This document shows positions 15,601 through 30,600 of a stretch of DNA of 64,000 nt, piece after piece. The stretch lies in contig CM119371.1 in NCBI GenBank assembly GCA_051294905.1, positions 62,001 to 126,000 of the forward strand, given 5' to 3'. Within the stretch, counting starts at the first letter, position 1. The number at the start of each line of letters is the position of its first letter. Origin of the DNA: Botryllus schlosseri (Eukaryota). The notes below the pieces were generated by a model. It ran no database searches, was not told the origin of the DNA, and saw nothing but the letters and a program-made list of their open reading frames with translations. The translations under genes were made by a program, and so were the position numbers.

Positions 15601-18600
15601 GTCTAGTTCGTTCGAATCGAAGCCTGTCTATTTTGGATATTCCGTCAGTTCCGGAAATGACGTAGATCAAAATCAATATCCTGGTGAGTCCAAGTAACAT
15701 GCGAAACCTGAAATCAGCTATATGCCGATTGGACGGAAGTAGAGTCCCGTTCTGTTAAGTGGAGAGCTTGGAATCCTAAGATTGCCCCGGTTGAATATTT
15801 GGGACAGGCATTTGGAAATAGCACATCCTACGCTCTCTTGGCATTGAGCGAAATGTTGGCGACTTGAGATATTAGCTGCATAACAAGTCACTGTGTTAGG
15901 CAGACACATTTCATGTTAAAACCAGTTTCGAAAGAAACTTCTAGTAGTGAACCACTTCTATCTATTGTTCGAATGAATCGGATGTGGTTGGATCATCATT
16001 TTGCATGATATTATTGATTTGAAATATCTCACTGTCATGTTACCTAAGTATTTCATTTTCGCTAGATGTGGCTGTTGGAGCTCCGGGTAGCGGCGAGGCG
16101 TTTGTTCTGCTGACCAGACCCGTGATGCATGTGGTGGCCACCATACTGAGTATACCGGAAACAGTGAATATAAGTCGGTCTACCTGCTTTTTGCCGCAGA
16201 AATTCGTTACATCCTTCACGCCCAAAGCTTGCTCGTCGCTAAAGATATGCTTCGCTATACACGGGAGAAATTTACCTCGAGTAACTTGTAAGTCGGCCTA
16301 CCTGTCAAACATATGATTAGTAAATGAGGAAGTCCGTAACCAAGTCATTCTATGTTATTAGGGTACTCAAGTACGTTTTGGCTACCCGCGTACTGGTTAA
16401 CTACTACAAGCTCACCTATTCAAATTACGAAATATCTGATTCAACATCTCTTATTGATCATTTAGGATGAGAGCATCAATCACTAATAATTGTTCTGCTG
16501 CCATTACAAACACCAAAGAGTCCTCCTACGTAGAAAAGTCCTCGTTAATTAATACCTTTTGGTTGAATAATATTATTCCCACCATAATAAACTTTCTCAC
16601 TGAAGCGCTGGTGTTTCCATCTCTCATTTACCACTTCCAATTGAAGTAATTTTGACAAATATTAGACAATAGACATTGCTACTTTCATAGCTGGTTCGTG
16701 GTAGGCTACAGAACTTGAATATAGCTTTTAATACAACATCCATTTTAAAAGAATATTTATTGAGCTCGAAAAGAGGCACCCAAAAAGTCTTCGAGTTGAA
16801 TAAATATTCTTTTACAATGGATGATGTGTTTAAAGCTATATTGCTACTTTCGTTCGTAATCGATTAGAAAGATACGCCATTACTGCTTTTTCTACTTGAG
16901 TAGCACCATTGAGTACTTTTAACTCATCTGCATATAATAACTTCAAAGTGGTCACGCTTGCTGCCATTTGGTCTTACGTTGAGGTGAATCCAATGGCCAA
17001 AAATCCCAGTCATTGGCAAACAGACACACTTCAACCGGACACGTTTACACCAATCAGCAGAGATAGTCACGCGCACACTTACGACTATTATAGGTATTTA
17101 AAGTATGTAATAATGTCTGAAAATCTATACTAGATAGGAGTGGAAAAAATAGAATTACATAGCCACTCTACTAATATAGCCGGAGCTTGTAACAGAACTC
17201 CAAGAAGTCGAAGTACTGCCTTACTGACCACCTATGTCTTTGATCAATAACTGTGGTATTCATTGGGTTAAGTATTGAGTTTGAGAATGTCGCTGGACTT
17301 GGATTGCTGACTCGTTTAAGAATGTGCACTAGATTTGCCGTGGTCGTCAATTTGGTTTAATTGAATTATGTGCTGATCATCAGATAATTAGCTTATAAAA
17401 GCTAGTGATTCAACCAATTCTGGGTCCATCCCTATACAATCGACATTTGCTGCAGTGTTGGAGTACGAGCTGCTTGTGGATAAAGTCCATTCACGCGCGA
17501 CGTCTGTTAATCCAAGAAACGAAATTGTACCTTCCACGTCTGTGAGCTGTGTCACAGAGACTTTGGCCTTCAAGGTAAATATCCTTGTTCAGTGGTTCTC
17601 AACCTTTTTGTCTTCGCGGACCCCTTTGGGACCGCCACAAACCCCGCGGACCATCACGAAGTTTCAGTTCAAATTTAGCTCAATTATCATGCAATCTAGG
17701 GTTACCATATTTTTGTTATGGACACTCTGTAGCCCCGACTAGCGGATTTATAAATGAGGTATGACACACTGTCTGTCAATATGACGTCACACTATCAAAG
17801 CCGTGTCCATCGACCAGAGATAGTTACAGTCCGGATCAAGAGCACCTATAATGTTATGTCGGTGCATTTATGTTGTAACCAGGACCGAAACAGCATTTTT
17901 TCCGCCACCTTCCGTCTAAATAAATACTGATTTTGAGCCCACCATAGGGTAATCGATGCAACTTCTGCGGGGCTTACTATATAGCCTATATCTGTTTTTT
18001 TCTTTCTATCAGCATCTGGTCGATAAATTTTGTGAATGAAATCTGTCTATGATTTGGTTATTCCGTGTATTACTATAAAATTTTGATCATCTCACCACCC
18101 GCATGGTCATAGTTAGTGGAAAAGCTGGTGGAAAATGACGACTTAGAAAATGCAAGGAACGTAATCATACATAGAAAATTCATGTCATGTCGCACCGATA
18201 AAACTATTATTGAGCCTAATCGCCGCTCCGCTCCAGCAGGTTGCACACATAGGCCTACTAAAATCAATGAACGTGACATTAAATCGCGCCCAGCGCGAAA
18301 AAAATTTAAAGTGGCACAAATCTGCCCAAAAATAATGCCGTTTTGGTTGATTTATGGAAAAAAAATTATTATAATTCAAGCCTTCAAAATTCACGACATT
18401 TAGGCATATTATAGAATTTCCTTCCGGACGCAGTTTGAACGGTGAAATTACGGAAATATGGCAACCCTAGTGCAGTCTGTCTCATGCAAATGATAACTTT
18501 AGGCTTAGTGATAAACAGCAACAAAATGACTTTTCTTGAAAATAAGATCATACTATTCATATTATTCCTGTAGAAGTTGGGTTGACTTCTATTATTTCAA

Positions 18601-21600
18601 AGCGAATTCTGCAATTGCATTTACTAATATACGTGGTCTTGTCTTGAAAATCCGCTATATAGATTTGATATGAACAAGCGCCGAAAATCCATTTCCACAA
18701 ATCTAGATGATGACGAATGTAATAATAACGCGTAACGCTCCCGGCGACACAATTGGGTGTGATCGCAATAAATATGCCAACAAAATTGACAACAATATTT
18801 TTTGAATGAACAATGAACATATAGCGTCAACCCTGATAATTTCTATCTAGCAGCTTATCTTGAAATTATTATGTAAAACATGGTTATGTATATCACAGGA
18901 GAAGATGGATTTTTGTAAACATTTCGAAGTCAACTTGATTGAGCTTACTCATCCAACTTTTTTTCCACTAACCCCCCCCCCCAAAAAAAAGTCTCTATTC
19001 AGCAAAATGTTTGTATCAGTAGGCTGTTGATTATTTAGCAAGTAAAATCAGTCTGCACTGCACAGTAGGATAGTTCATCTCGGACGGTCATTCTGTTGAT
19101 GGCTCTGGAGTTTTACTGGAAATGAACCGAAACTGCCTCGTGATTTTCAAATCAACTCTTTTGAGGCTTCGCGGACCCCCTGAAAATGACTCGCGGATAC
19201 CCAGTTGAGAACCACTGTCCTAGTTGAATTGATTTGGCATGATTACGGTAAGATAGAATTTTATAGTTTTCGAGTATTCAAATGGCCTGTATCGCTACAT
19301 TGTACGCTCGAGTAAAAAATGGATCCACTTGAGTTGGTAGTGCAACTATATAGGCAACTTCTACTTGGACACACCAAAAAAGTACCTCATCTGTGCGTTG
19401 GCTATGGTGGCGCCTCTTGATATGTTGACCGTTGTGTCTTACGAATCACATATCGATTTTCAAATAATTCATTCCAACCCCTATCAACGCAAGTTGAAGC
19501 TTTTACGCAGTCACTCCATCTACTAAAATAAATTTAACCCGTCTTCAATATCGATCGATCATTCTGGTTCAGTGGTTTCCAACCTTTTTGTCTTCATTCT
19601 CCACTTCAGATTTATTCCGAGTCTTCATTCCCCCACTACCCAAAACTATCGTCGTATTTTGCTTCAACTTATGTCATTACGGAGCAGCTGTTTGCTTGTT
19701 TGAGCACAAAAGACACACAACCACATCAGTACGCCACCACGCCCTTAACTGCAACATAAATGTATTGTGAGCCGATACAGGTTACCCTCAAAATTTTGCG
19801 AAAGCAATATTCACGTCATACTGGTCTCGCTGGATGCGTTGGTGACGCCATCAATGGTTATCCAGGGTTAAAAATTGGTTTTTGTGAACAACACGCATTA
19901 TAATTTTCGATACATACATTCCAGAGCAGTTAACTGGTAACGGTAACCGCGCATGCGTCTTCGTAAATCCTGTATATAAGGTTTACCAAATGCGTCGATT
20001 CACCACCAGAAACCACCGAATTTCCCACCAGTGGGGTATTCCCCACCGGTTTGAACTAATGTTCTAGTTGTTCTCTAGTAAGGTCAATCCTACTTCAAAA
20101 TATAATATGACCTTTGACCACCTGTGAATGCATTCTCTATTCAGGAATCTATTCACGATTTCAGCGATGTGCAAGTCGGTGTTCGATACAGACTTTCGTC
20201 GAAATTGAATTACACGGAAGAAGCAGTTATGCTGGATGTATACGACGAGAATCCTGTCTATACGAAGGTGACAAATCATGTTCGCAATATTTCGTCATTT
20301 ATATGTTCGGTGTGACGAATTTCCAGTGATGCGATGGGACTGTTGCATTTAAAACAAACAGTCTTTCTATGACGCTTTGTTTAAAACAACTGTAACAAAT
20401 ACCTTTATCAAAACGTAACGTAACAAGTTTGTATTCAAATTTGTCATCAAGTAAACAATGTCAAAACATAGGAAATGACATCAAAGACCGTTTCTCTTTA
20501 CGCACTCTCGTCTCAGTCAATAAATTTCACCTGAAATGCATTCAAGAAAGCAATATAAATGTAATCGAGATAATTTATCGATTTGATCGTAATCCAATAT
20601 TTCCACACTTTGCTGTAACCATTATTGCAGGTTTCGGAAGTAATCATCATCTCAAGAGATCTTATTGATATAGTAGGCCTAATCGGCACACGTCTGGTAA
20701 CAACGCCGCATACATTGTATGTTTTCAGATCAAACTAAGCCGTTGGTGTAAGCGGCCGGGTTGCGAATCGAACTTGAAGTTGATCAGCGAGTTTGAAGGA
20801 TTGTCTCTCATGAACGGAGCGGAATCGTTGCTAATCGGCCAAAACAAAATCCTCACTCTCGGTGTTACATTGCAAAATAGCGAGGACATCGCGTTGGAGT
20901 CTGTGATTCGAATTTTCTACCACCGCGGACTTTACTTCAGTCACATAACGCAAGTGAGTTAGGACACTGAATAGCTATAGCTTTGCTATCACTTCTTTTA
21001 ACAAGCCGAGCGGGTTACCGTATATATAGCGTGTGTTAGAGGTGCCATATGTCCTCTTTTAAGAGGATATGTCCGCTTATAAATAAAAGTAACGTGTCAC
21101 CCGACAACGTCCAAGCGTCTTAATTTTGCGCATGATATTGTGCTTTCAACGAGAGTGTAAGGCGACGAGACCGTGAAGATTAAAAAGAGGTAATTCCGGC
21201 CCAATCTACTCGCGGACACCGTTTTTCCGGCCTTTTCACGATGTGTTGACTACGAAAAAGGGTCAAATCTTCCTCGATCCGAATTATCCGTATGAATTCT
21301 CCATTTTTATGTCTGCTACGGGCAGACATGGGGTGATTACTTCATGAATGTAATCGATTGCGATTACGATTACTTCCGAATGACGCGATTACGATTGCGA
21401 TTACGATTACAGAAAAATCAGGAAGTAGTCGATTACGATTACGATTACATTGGAAAAGTAATCACGATTACTCACGATTACATTTATTTTACATCTTATA
21501 AGCTATGCTGGAAGACAATATATGGATTGCGCTGAAAAGGCCTAATGAGATAACAAACTCCCTTTAAAAAAGATGCATCATTTGCTTGTTACGTCATAAT

Positions 21601-24600
21601 GTAACTATTGCCCATTTTATGGAGGTCAATTTTTCGCGGCCATCGATTTGCATTCTTGCCTGGGCCATAACTGCCGCACCCCAAATTTCCCAATAGGGTG
21701 GAGAGCGAGCTCGAAGGGGACTCAAAAAGTATTTCGTAAACCAAAATAGTTTTCGAGAGATCTAAGTAACTTGAAATCCTCTCTACATCAGTGATTCCCA
21801 ACCAGGGCTCCAAGCTAGCCTACTCGCAGCTCCCATTGACGTTGGAAAATCCAACAAAAATAATAAAAAATCATTTTATAACAAAAAAAAAATTGATATT
21901 AAAAATTACACTTGATTGGCTTCGAAATTAGAGTTTATAACTAAGGGTGGAGACCAATTCCTTTGCTGTCGAGTAACGATTCTCTACTCAGCAACGATTT
22001 CGTCAATCAACTCACGTCAGAAAGTATGCTCACACTCAAATGCGTTTGGATGGGCACTCAGATTTAAGTTTGCTTAACATCGGACTTAATTAAGAGCAAG
22101 TGGTGTTACAACACGTTTCACAAGGCTATCTGACCATCAAACCAATCGACTTGATTGTTAAGTTCAACGGCCGCATTGACGGAATGAATGCTTTTTTGCC
22201 AATGACGAAATTGTTTTCAAGTCCTATTGTAGTTAATGTGGCCACTGACCCTAGTAATTTACAACTTGAGTTGCTAGACATGCAGTCATGATATAAGACA
22301 TGACAATTTGTTTGTGCGTCTCACGAAAGTTTTTCTTTTAGTCTGCTACGTTTGAGCCAATACAATATCTTTTGATTATATAACAAATCGGAGGTCACGA
22401 ATTAACAACATACACTAAAGTAATTATAACAAGATAATGTGAATTATGAATTACGTGCCCCCAGCTCTACTGCTAGGTAATTGTGTGGCGAGATAGCGCA
22501 GTGGTATAATCCATGGCTGCAACACCAATGGTTCCTACCAAAGTGTTGGAGGTTTATCTAGGCTCCTTCTCGCCGCCTCATCCGCATAAGCGGTGTCTTA
22601 CAAAAAGCCTAGAAGTGGGCCGTGCTGCAAGTTGGCAGATACGGAATAAAAAATGTAGAAAATCGGCCTGGTGTATATAGGACCGTTAGTCGACAAACAC
22701 CATGATTACCTCAAACAAATAAACAAACTCTACAGGTAGATCTGACCATCGGGGGCTGAGAGAGGATTAAAAACTAAGAGTAATTTAATGCAATTACTAA
22801 TATTATTGACTTATCAACTTGAGATTGCCACCCTATGGGGCCAAAGACCAACGTTTGGACTGGGGGACGAATTGCTGTTTTGGTCCCGAATCCAGCTACA
22901 TCCCACGCTAACATGATGTATAAGCACATGGCCATGGCGGTAGATCCCAATGTTGAGTAAATAATTGTGAAATAACGATTGGCGCCCGTTTCAAGTAGAG
23001 TCATATGAGAATAAGAAGAAGCGAACATAAAATTCTGCCTTCAACTTAATCAACTTAATACTACAAGCTGCAGTTACGAGAAACGGCAAGAACGGCTCGG
23101 TTATGATATATATATGTATCATCAGCTGTTGATTTTACTGCTTCGTTGTGGAAACCCCAATGTTTTATTTGACGAGTACAAAATATCAAATCTTTGTCCG
23201 GTGTCCGTACGTACTAGATAGGCCTACTGCTCGCCAAGCACCAACGGTCAAACTGCGTTTAACTAAGCATAACCAAACATCAACACATAAGGTACTATTT
23301 TAAACTAGGCAGAGCGGAGACAAATTATACTGCTGCAAGGTAGTAGCGTGTGGAACGTTGGATAACCTCATATAAAGCACGGCAGGTGTTCTTACAATCA
23401 CACTAGTGTACGACGTATACGTAGGCCTACATCGAACATCTATTTCCTGTGGATACTTCTTACGCAATGACGTGCAAAGCTAACTGCGGCTTCTGACGTA
23501 ATAATGAGCAGTGGCGTTTTGAAAATCAGACGCTTGTGCTATCACGAACCTTGTATAATATCTCTTCCCTGTTCACAAATGTTCAGTTTATGTCATAGTC
23601 CTTGTACAAATAAAAAGTAATCGTTCTTTCATAGATAAATCGATTAGATATGGGAAGTAGTCGATTACGATTACGATTACTTCGGATTTTTTTCGAATGT
23701 AATCGATTGCGATTACGATTACTTGAAAATGCTGTAATCGTCGTAATCGATTACGATTACTAATCGCGATTACCCCATGTCTGCTACGGGCCTACCCCCA
23801 CCACTTTTTGGTCTGTAACCACCGGACTTCTTGCAATGAAAACAGTGCACTCTTTTTTAAGTAGAGGTGGTAAAAGTAAAATATTTCCTTAAAAAAATGA
23901 TGAGTGGAAGGGGATGTACTCTGGAATTTCAAACCCTATTTCCTTTAAATTAATTTCAAAGTCCCGGTAATTCTAGATATCTACGGACGTGAGTGCGTAT
24001 TGACAGAACGATCACTAAATCTATGGATATATCTACTTTTTGAATGATTTGCGGGACGACTAAGTGCTAGGAAACTAGGCCTACCCTCGAAATACCGATT
24101 TTCAAGAAATTTCAAAGCTAGGTGATAATTTATTGAAAACGAAGGTCTGAAATGTAGGATACTGATGTAAGTAGTTAAAAATGTAGAATACGTCTACAAG
24201 GGTCGCATACTTTTGACAATTTAACGAAAATGAATACTTTAGAAATTGCACGGTATACGTCCTTGCGACGCTATATGATTAATGACACTGTAGACAGGTG
24301 GAGTTTTCGAAAATAAATTCTGTTGCCGTGTAAAGGGTATATTTTAATGAGTTAGTAAGACAATTTCACGGGGAAAGAGTTCGGCTAACATAATCGCCCG
24401 CAATATCTCTTGTGAGTCCGCCGAAAAAGTAGAATTACTTTCCTGAACACCTCACTCAGAATGAGGAGAAAATCGTTCATGGACTCGAAAATGGGGCGCT
24501 AAAATGTGATTTGTCTCGCAGTTAGTATACTACTAAATATTATCTCATTTTTGAACACATATAAATGTACAACTCTTTGTTATCCGTTTAATATCAAGAA

Positions 24601-27600
24601 TTTGGGTCCCCTTTTTGCTATGGAATGCAAGATTTTTATCTTCCGTCTGATGCAGTGTTTCTTAAACTATTTAGGACTCGTAGCCCTTGAGATTTCAATA
24701 GAATATTCTGTACTCCCTGTCTCTTTTCAACAGAAACTCTGATGGTACCGATATTAAAATCAAAAATTCCATTATTGAAATAAATAAATTTGGCCAGAAA
24801 ACATTACACTTTTTGTTAGTTTGTAAAATAATTTTGGGCTAGATAGGCCTAATCCGACAATGCATCTCGTTCACACTGATGTAGTGCGTCGTACCCTAAA
24901 TGGGGTCATAAGACACCTGTGCTAATGAATCAATTTGATATGAGTCTGATTAGTGTATTCACGAGGTCGATTTCATTTTCAGGACGACGCAGCGTGTGTT
25001 ACCGTGGATAACACCCGCTCGTCTGAAACAAACACTTCAAACTTCCGCTGCTATGCCGCAAGTTGTATGGATGACGTGTCTTCTATGAAGCAAGTGTTGC
25101 TAAAAGTCATCAACCCGATCATGAAGCCAATGACGTCGTGCAAGTTTCGCGTCAAGGTGTTTTGATTTAGACCGGTTGTTTCTCTGTGATCGTCCCTGTA
25201 AATTATAAATGTTTCGCAAATAGTCATAAGATCGCGAAAGTTTGCTCAGGTACAGGAGCGAGCCATGCGTTCTCATATTTTATACGCAACAAGGTTTCAT
25301 TTCAAATCATAGTCAACAGAGTCGAAACATAACGAGGTCATGGGTCATGTTGTCTGGTAGTCCCTATTATAGTAACAATGACGTATCTATACTCATTGTA
25401 AGGTGTTAGCGTTCCCGATCATTCTTAGGTAACGGTAGATTTAGAGCCCTAGAACTGCTTACGACCTCTGAAATGTACGAAAATGCGCCTAAGTGAAAAT
25501 CCGGAGTATATAATTTTTGATAATACCGTATATATTCATTGAAATGTGAACGTATTACAACCCTAAGCTATAGCCATCTTGTCACTGTTTCCATCTTGAA
25601 CAAATGAACAATACTGGTGTATTGTGTAGTGGTAGCCTGAGGAGGCAACAGCTGTTGCGATATTTCACGCTGTATTAGAGCAATGTTGAAAAGTTAATAT
25701 GCTGTTTACTTGCTAATGCAAGAAAACTAAAATTCCTCTCTAAAGGTAGAAAATTTCGACACTTTTTCTTTTATTGCCTACATTGTGATCCAGAGGCTTG
25801 TTCTACCCGTGGGTTGATGCAAATATCACTTGGTACCGTAGGCCTACTCACATACATTGCTAAGTAAAAGTGAGGAATTTTGAAGCATGGCAATGCCTGT
25901 TGAATTATTAGAAAAGCATTTTAGCCTGGGATCTAAAAAAGACGATAAACATTTTTACTCAGCAATTCGGTACACCGGTTGCCTGATTTCGAGATGATAG
26001 GATATCGAGGTCAAACGTGGATTTAATTTCAGTTTGGCATCGCCGACGAAAGTGTATTCTACACGGAAAATTTGACAGTCTCACTGCAGTCTAGAAGTTC
26101 AAGCAAAGACCTCGACGAAAGCGACAATGACAATCATATTTCGCTTCCTCTTTATTTTCAAACAAAGACTTCATTGAAGGGGTATGTTCCTGATTATTTA
26201 AAGTAGGCCTATAATATGTTGTTAAACCATAAGCGTCAAACTCAATAGCATGGTACTCAAAGTAGTCGCGGAATTTATTACGAATTTGATTGCTGCTGTG
26301 AAGAGGTGGTGAAGTAGTTAGCGTTAGTAGTCAAGTAGAAGGGCAAGTAACACCGTAACCTTCTACTCAATACAGGTAAAAATAGCGATGTCAGGGACAA
26401 TATATACAATATAAAGCCTGTAAATGTCTTTAAGAGAGTAGTTTCAAAACGTAAATTTGATCGATCAGTCGCTCACTTTCATATGTTAATTGGAAGTGGC
26501 TTGCTTCAATTTTTACTCCACACATTGGCGGAAATCTCAACGAAATATTCAGTTACTACGAATTTGATCCATTCAACATATATTTGAGACCACATCATAC
26601 CCAGAGCTCGGTGCTTATTTAGCTTACATTTTTTGTCGGTTAAATAACAATTCGTTCAATCTTACGAAGCTATCCGAGCTTGCACAATGTACGACTGGCG
26701 TATCCCGGTAATGTCACCAACAATACCACGTCGTTAGCCGACGTCGGACCGAGTGTGGCAATCACATACTTTATCTCCAACGTTGGATTTTGGAAAATAC
26801 CCAAGTCATCGCTGCAGGTTTGTCAAGAAACGTGGTCAAATTTGTTGTTATCGTGATTATATGAACTTGATATCTTCTCTCAACTATAAGTTGTGATTTT
26901 AACACATTATGTGCTTATGGCTCATCAAACATAGGCCTATTATGCATTTGCATGGTATTCATTAGTTCTTGTGGTGGTCATACATTCCTGAAATGATAGA
27001 ATGGTCACAAAGGGCAACTAATAGGCATGGTTGAAAGAATACCAAATTGTCTACAGTGAAATATGTCGTGAAATAAGGGAACTAGAATTTGAGTTTGTAT
27101 TGGTTTTCCAACTGTGTGAATACATATCTTTTATTTCCCACTGGCTTTGCGCCTTAGAAAAGCCAATAGCCACTCCTGGAAACAATGTGACTATGATGAT
27201 GTTTTATCATTAAGGATCCGTGATTATTTCATTGTTTTGTTACGCAATACTTCGATGCTTTCCACAGTAAAACCGTTTTGAATTCTGTTTCCATCTATTA
27301 TATCTCGCTTTAAATTTCGATCAATAAAATAGCATGGAGAGTGGTGATTCGATTTTGCTGACCCCTACTCAAGATTACCCATTAAAAGTACAAGCAAGAT
27401 AAATCACTCTCCTGAACGGGTATAGAAATTTATTACATATCAACTCCTATTTTCGTGGTTGAAATTCGCGATGAGATCTTCCTCAAAGCAAATTATTCCT
27501 GGTCCTGAGCATTCACAAACGGTCACTTTTTCGCAGATCAAGTGGCCTAACTCCACAACGGACCATTTAGGAATCCTATATCCTGTCGGAATCGAATGCA

Positions 27601-30600
27601 CGCCAAGCGATAAATGCGAGGTAATGTGGATTTCCATTTCCAGGTCGATTAGTTAGTAACATAGGGTAAAGTTGTCATTTTAAATATCTCTTATAAGGCT
27701 GTACGCGTGTTAAGATCTTAGCAACGAAAGTAATTTGAGGCTTGGTATGTTAGATGTTTGTGTATGCACTACATGTGGCTGGTACTCTTTGCAGTCAAAA
27801 CATTATGAAATACATGGTGTCGTATAGTCGTTTGGCGAAACTTTAAACTGACATAAAAAGTACGTAAATCTCTAGTGTAAGGGTAGGCCTGATAGCTCAC
27901 TTCACTGACTGAGATGTTGGTTCTAGCAAATTAAATCGCAGCCTAAATCCACGGTTTCTAGATGACAGGTCGAATTCTTTGAATAATAAATAAGCTAAAA
28001 TCAGCTGTGGCAAGTTCTATTGTTTCTTCCTCGAATTTCAGCGTCATATATGTGCGAATACAAATCCCGCGGTCATGTAGTAACGGTTAAATTTCAGTAG
28101 GAATTGGCGAGGAAAGTAACAAGTTCATATCCAAATCCTGATTAATAAATATTTCAAAATTGAACTACCGGAAATATGATTACAAAACAATAATCTGGTT
28201 TCCAAAGATCACAAATCCATTTTATCTGCCCGTTCACGTATGCGATATGGTATCGGTACGTCGCCACCTATTATTTTCCATTACATTTTAGTGTCAACAG
28301 AAAAATAACGTCTTCAACCCCATGAACCTGACCGAACTTGAGGATTTCGAAATGAATTCCACAGAAAATGGCAACAACGTCTCCCTCAATTACAATGTGC
28401 ACAAAGAGGTCTTGCTGGATTGTGACCAAGGTATTGTTACTGTCTGCGAACAATCGCACTTTCTGAAGTGATTTATGTGCTAGGGCTGGGTAAAATCGAG
28501 TACCTGAGTTATTCGATTCTGAATCACGTATAACGGTTCAAGTCGAGTCGAGTATGCGAGCATCACTCATTATGACGCCACAACATAATGTACTATGTCA
28601 GATTTCAAATATGTACCTTTTATGCCAAGACAAAGAACATAATGCCTGTTTTCCGTCACATTGAAGATACTTTGGTATTTTTTGACTATACCGATTTCAT
28701 TGCACTCCTTGACAATGTTGTGGGATGATCATGACTTCGGAAAAATGTTATTTCCGGTGACGTTCGTAGCTTTGTATTATGTCTCATATGCTGCGACACG
28801 GCCAATCAAGGTTTCAAGGCTTCCCCGGTGGAAAATAGTATCAAAACTATAATACTCGTTAGCAAATTAACTTTCAGTTGCGAGGAGCGTACAATTTCAG
28901 TTCTCGAAAAAAATCGTATTTTACTACCCGACTCAAATCGTTAAAATTAATACTCATTGCAGATTCGAGTACTCGAATCATTGTGCCCAGCCCTATGTAT
29001 GACTCATAATCTTTCCAGGTACAGCGGAATGTTCTGAATCTACATGCGTCGTCTCGGATTTTTATCCACACGACGTTGTGCAAGTGGCCGTCCATTTTAG
29101 GGTGTGGGAGAGAACTATATTCGATGTAAGTGAAGGATATTTTTAGTTTGATCTTATCCTGGCGCCGGAATCATAACAAAATTGCGAATCCTAGAAATAG
29201 TGCTGGAAAGGCCAGAGTACGATTTGAGAGTTAATTTTACGAATCAGTATATTTCGTTCTTGTCTCCTCATTTCTCGGGCTGGAGACACAATCATTCGAG
29301 TCGGGTCGTGAGAGATGATATTTTCGAGTACTGGAACGATAAGACACATTCCTACTAAAATTCATATGAAAAAATACTCTACAAGAATTGCAGTTTCTAT
29401 ATCCTTATATCCTCACTTACGCTAGTGGAAATGACATTTCTGTGAAGTTGTGCCGAACCCACAGCCTATTGAAAAAGTGAATTGAAATATATATTGGCGA
29501 AAAATACATTACTGGTATTATTTTGTTTGTGGTCACACAAAAGGTATATATTTTCAGCTGAAAAATCAGGATAAGTCAACAATTTTCATACGATTGCCGG
29601 TTTGATCCTAGCATATGGCATCCTTGTTATCATTTATTTGAATGAAGTTAACGTTTTCCTTGATTATTGTTAACTAAATATGAGAACGAAATAATATTGG
29701 AATCAGATTATAACACCGTGCTCTAAACTGGAATTCATCCTACCAAATCTCCCGAACAAGCTCTAATTTACTTATTAGGCCATTTCAATATGATTTTATG
29801 CTACAACTGCAACAGCGTAAGACACTAACCTCATACAATGGATTTTGGTGTCCTTTCAAAATAAAAATACCTTAAAAGGATGGTCAATTACGCAAGGTGC
29901 TTTGACTTGAGTCATGGTATTGTCAACATGGCTTCTGATGTTCCTTGTATAGGCCTAGTTATATAGTTCGGATTACGGTTCGTTGGATCCCATCGGTTAA
30001 ATAGGAGAGTGCGTCATTTCTAATCGACGCTGCATATTTAGTTACAGGCCTGGAAAGCTAGCATTGTGACATACGCTCGTTTTACGGCTAAAAGTGACGA
30101 ATACCGGATATCGCAGCAGCCCTACTCTGTCGAGGTATTAAGGTCAATTTGATTTCGGAGTTACAGGCTTTTGCAATTGAATGAGGTTGATTCTAGGTTA
30201 CGTTCTCCGCGCTGACTTTGGACGAAGACCCGAACGACAATTCGGGAATCGTAATCCGATGGTGGATTATCATTGTGGCAGTTTGCGCCGGACTGCTATT
30301 GCTCGCTCTACTCATTCTTTTGCTTTACAAGGTTGGTATGTTTTAATATAGTTAAAAACTGAATAGAGTGACTTCTCATTACGCTGTTAATAATTCAAGT
30401 TCAGTAGGTGTTCATTTCACTTGAATGACAAATCGCGATGATAGGTTGGATTTAGGTGATGACAAATATGGTCATGGTCAGTTACAAAGTACATCTCGTA
30501 TTTTAGAGATCTCCGGTTGTTTTGAACTACTGGAATTGCTTACCCAGATGATATATTTTCAGATAGCCCCATTTGAACGACACATATTTTTCCGACAAAA

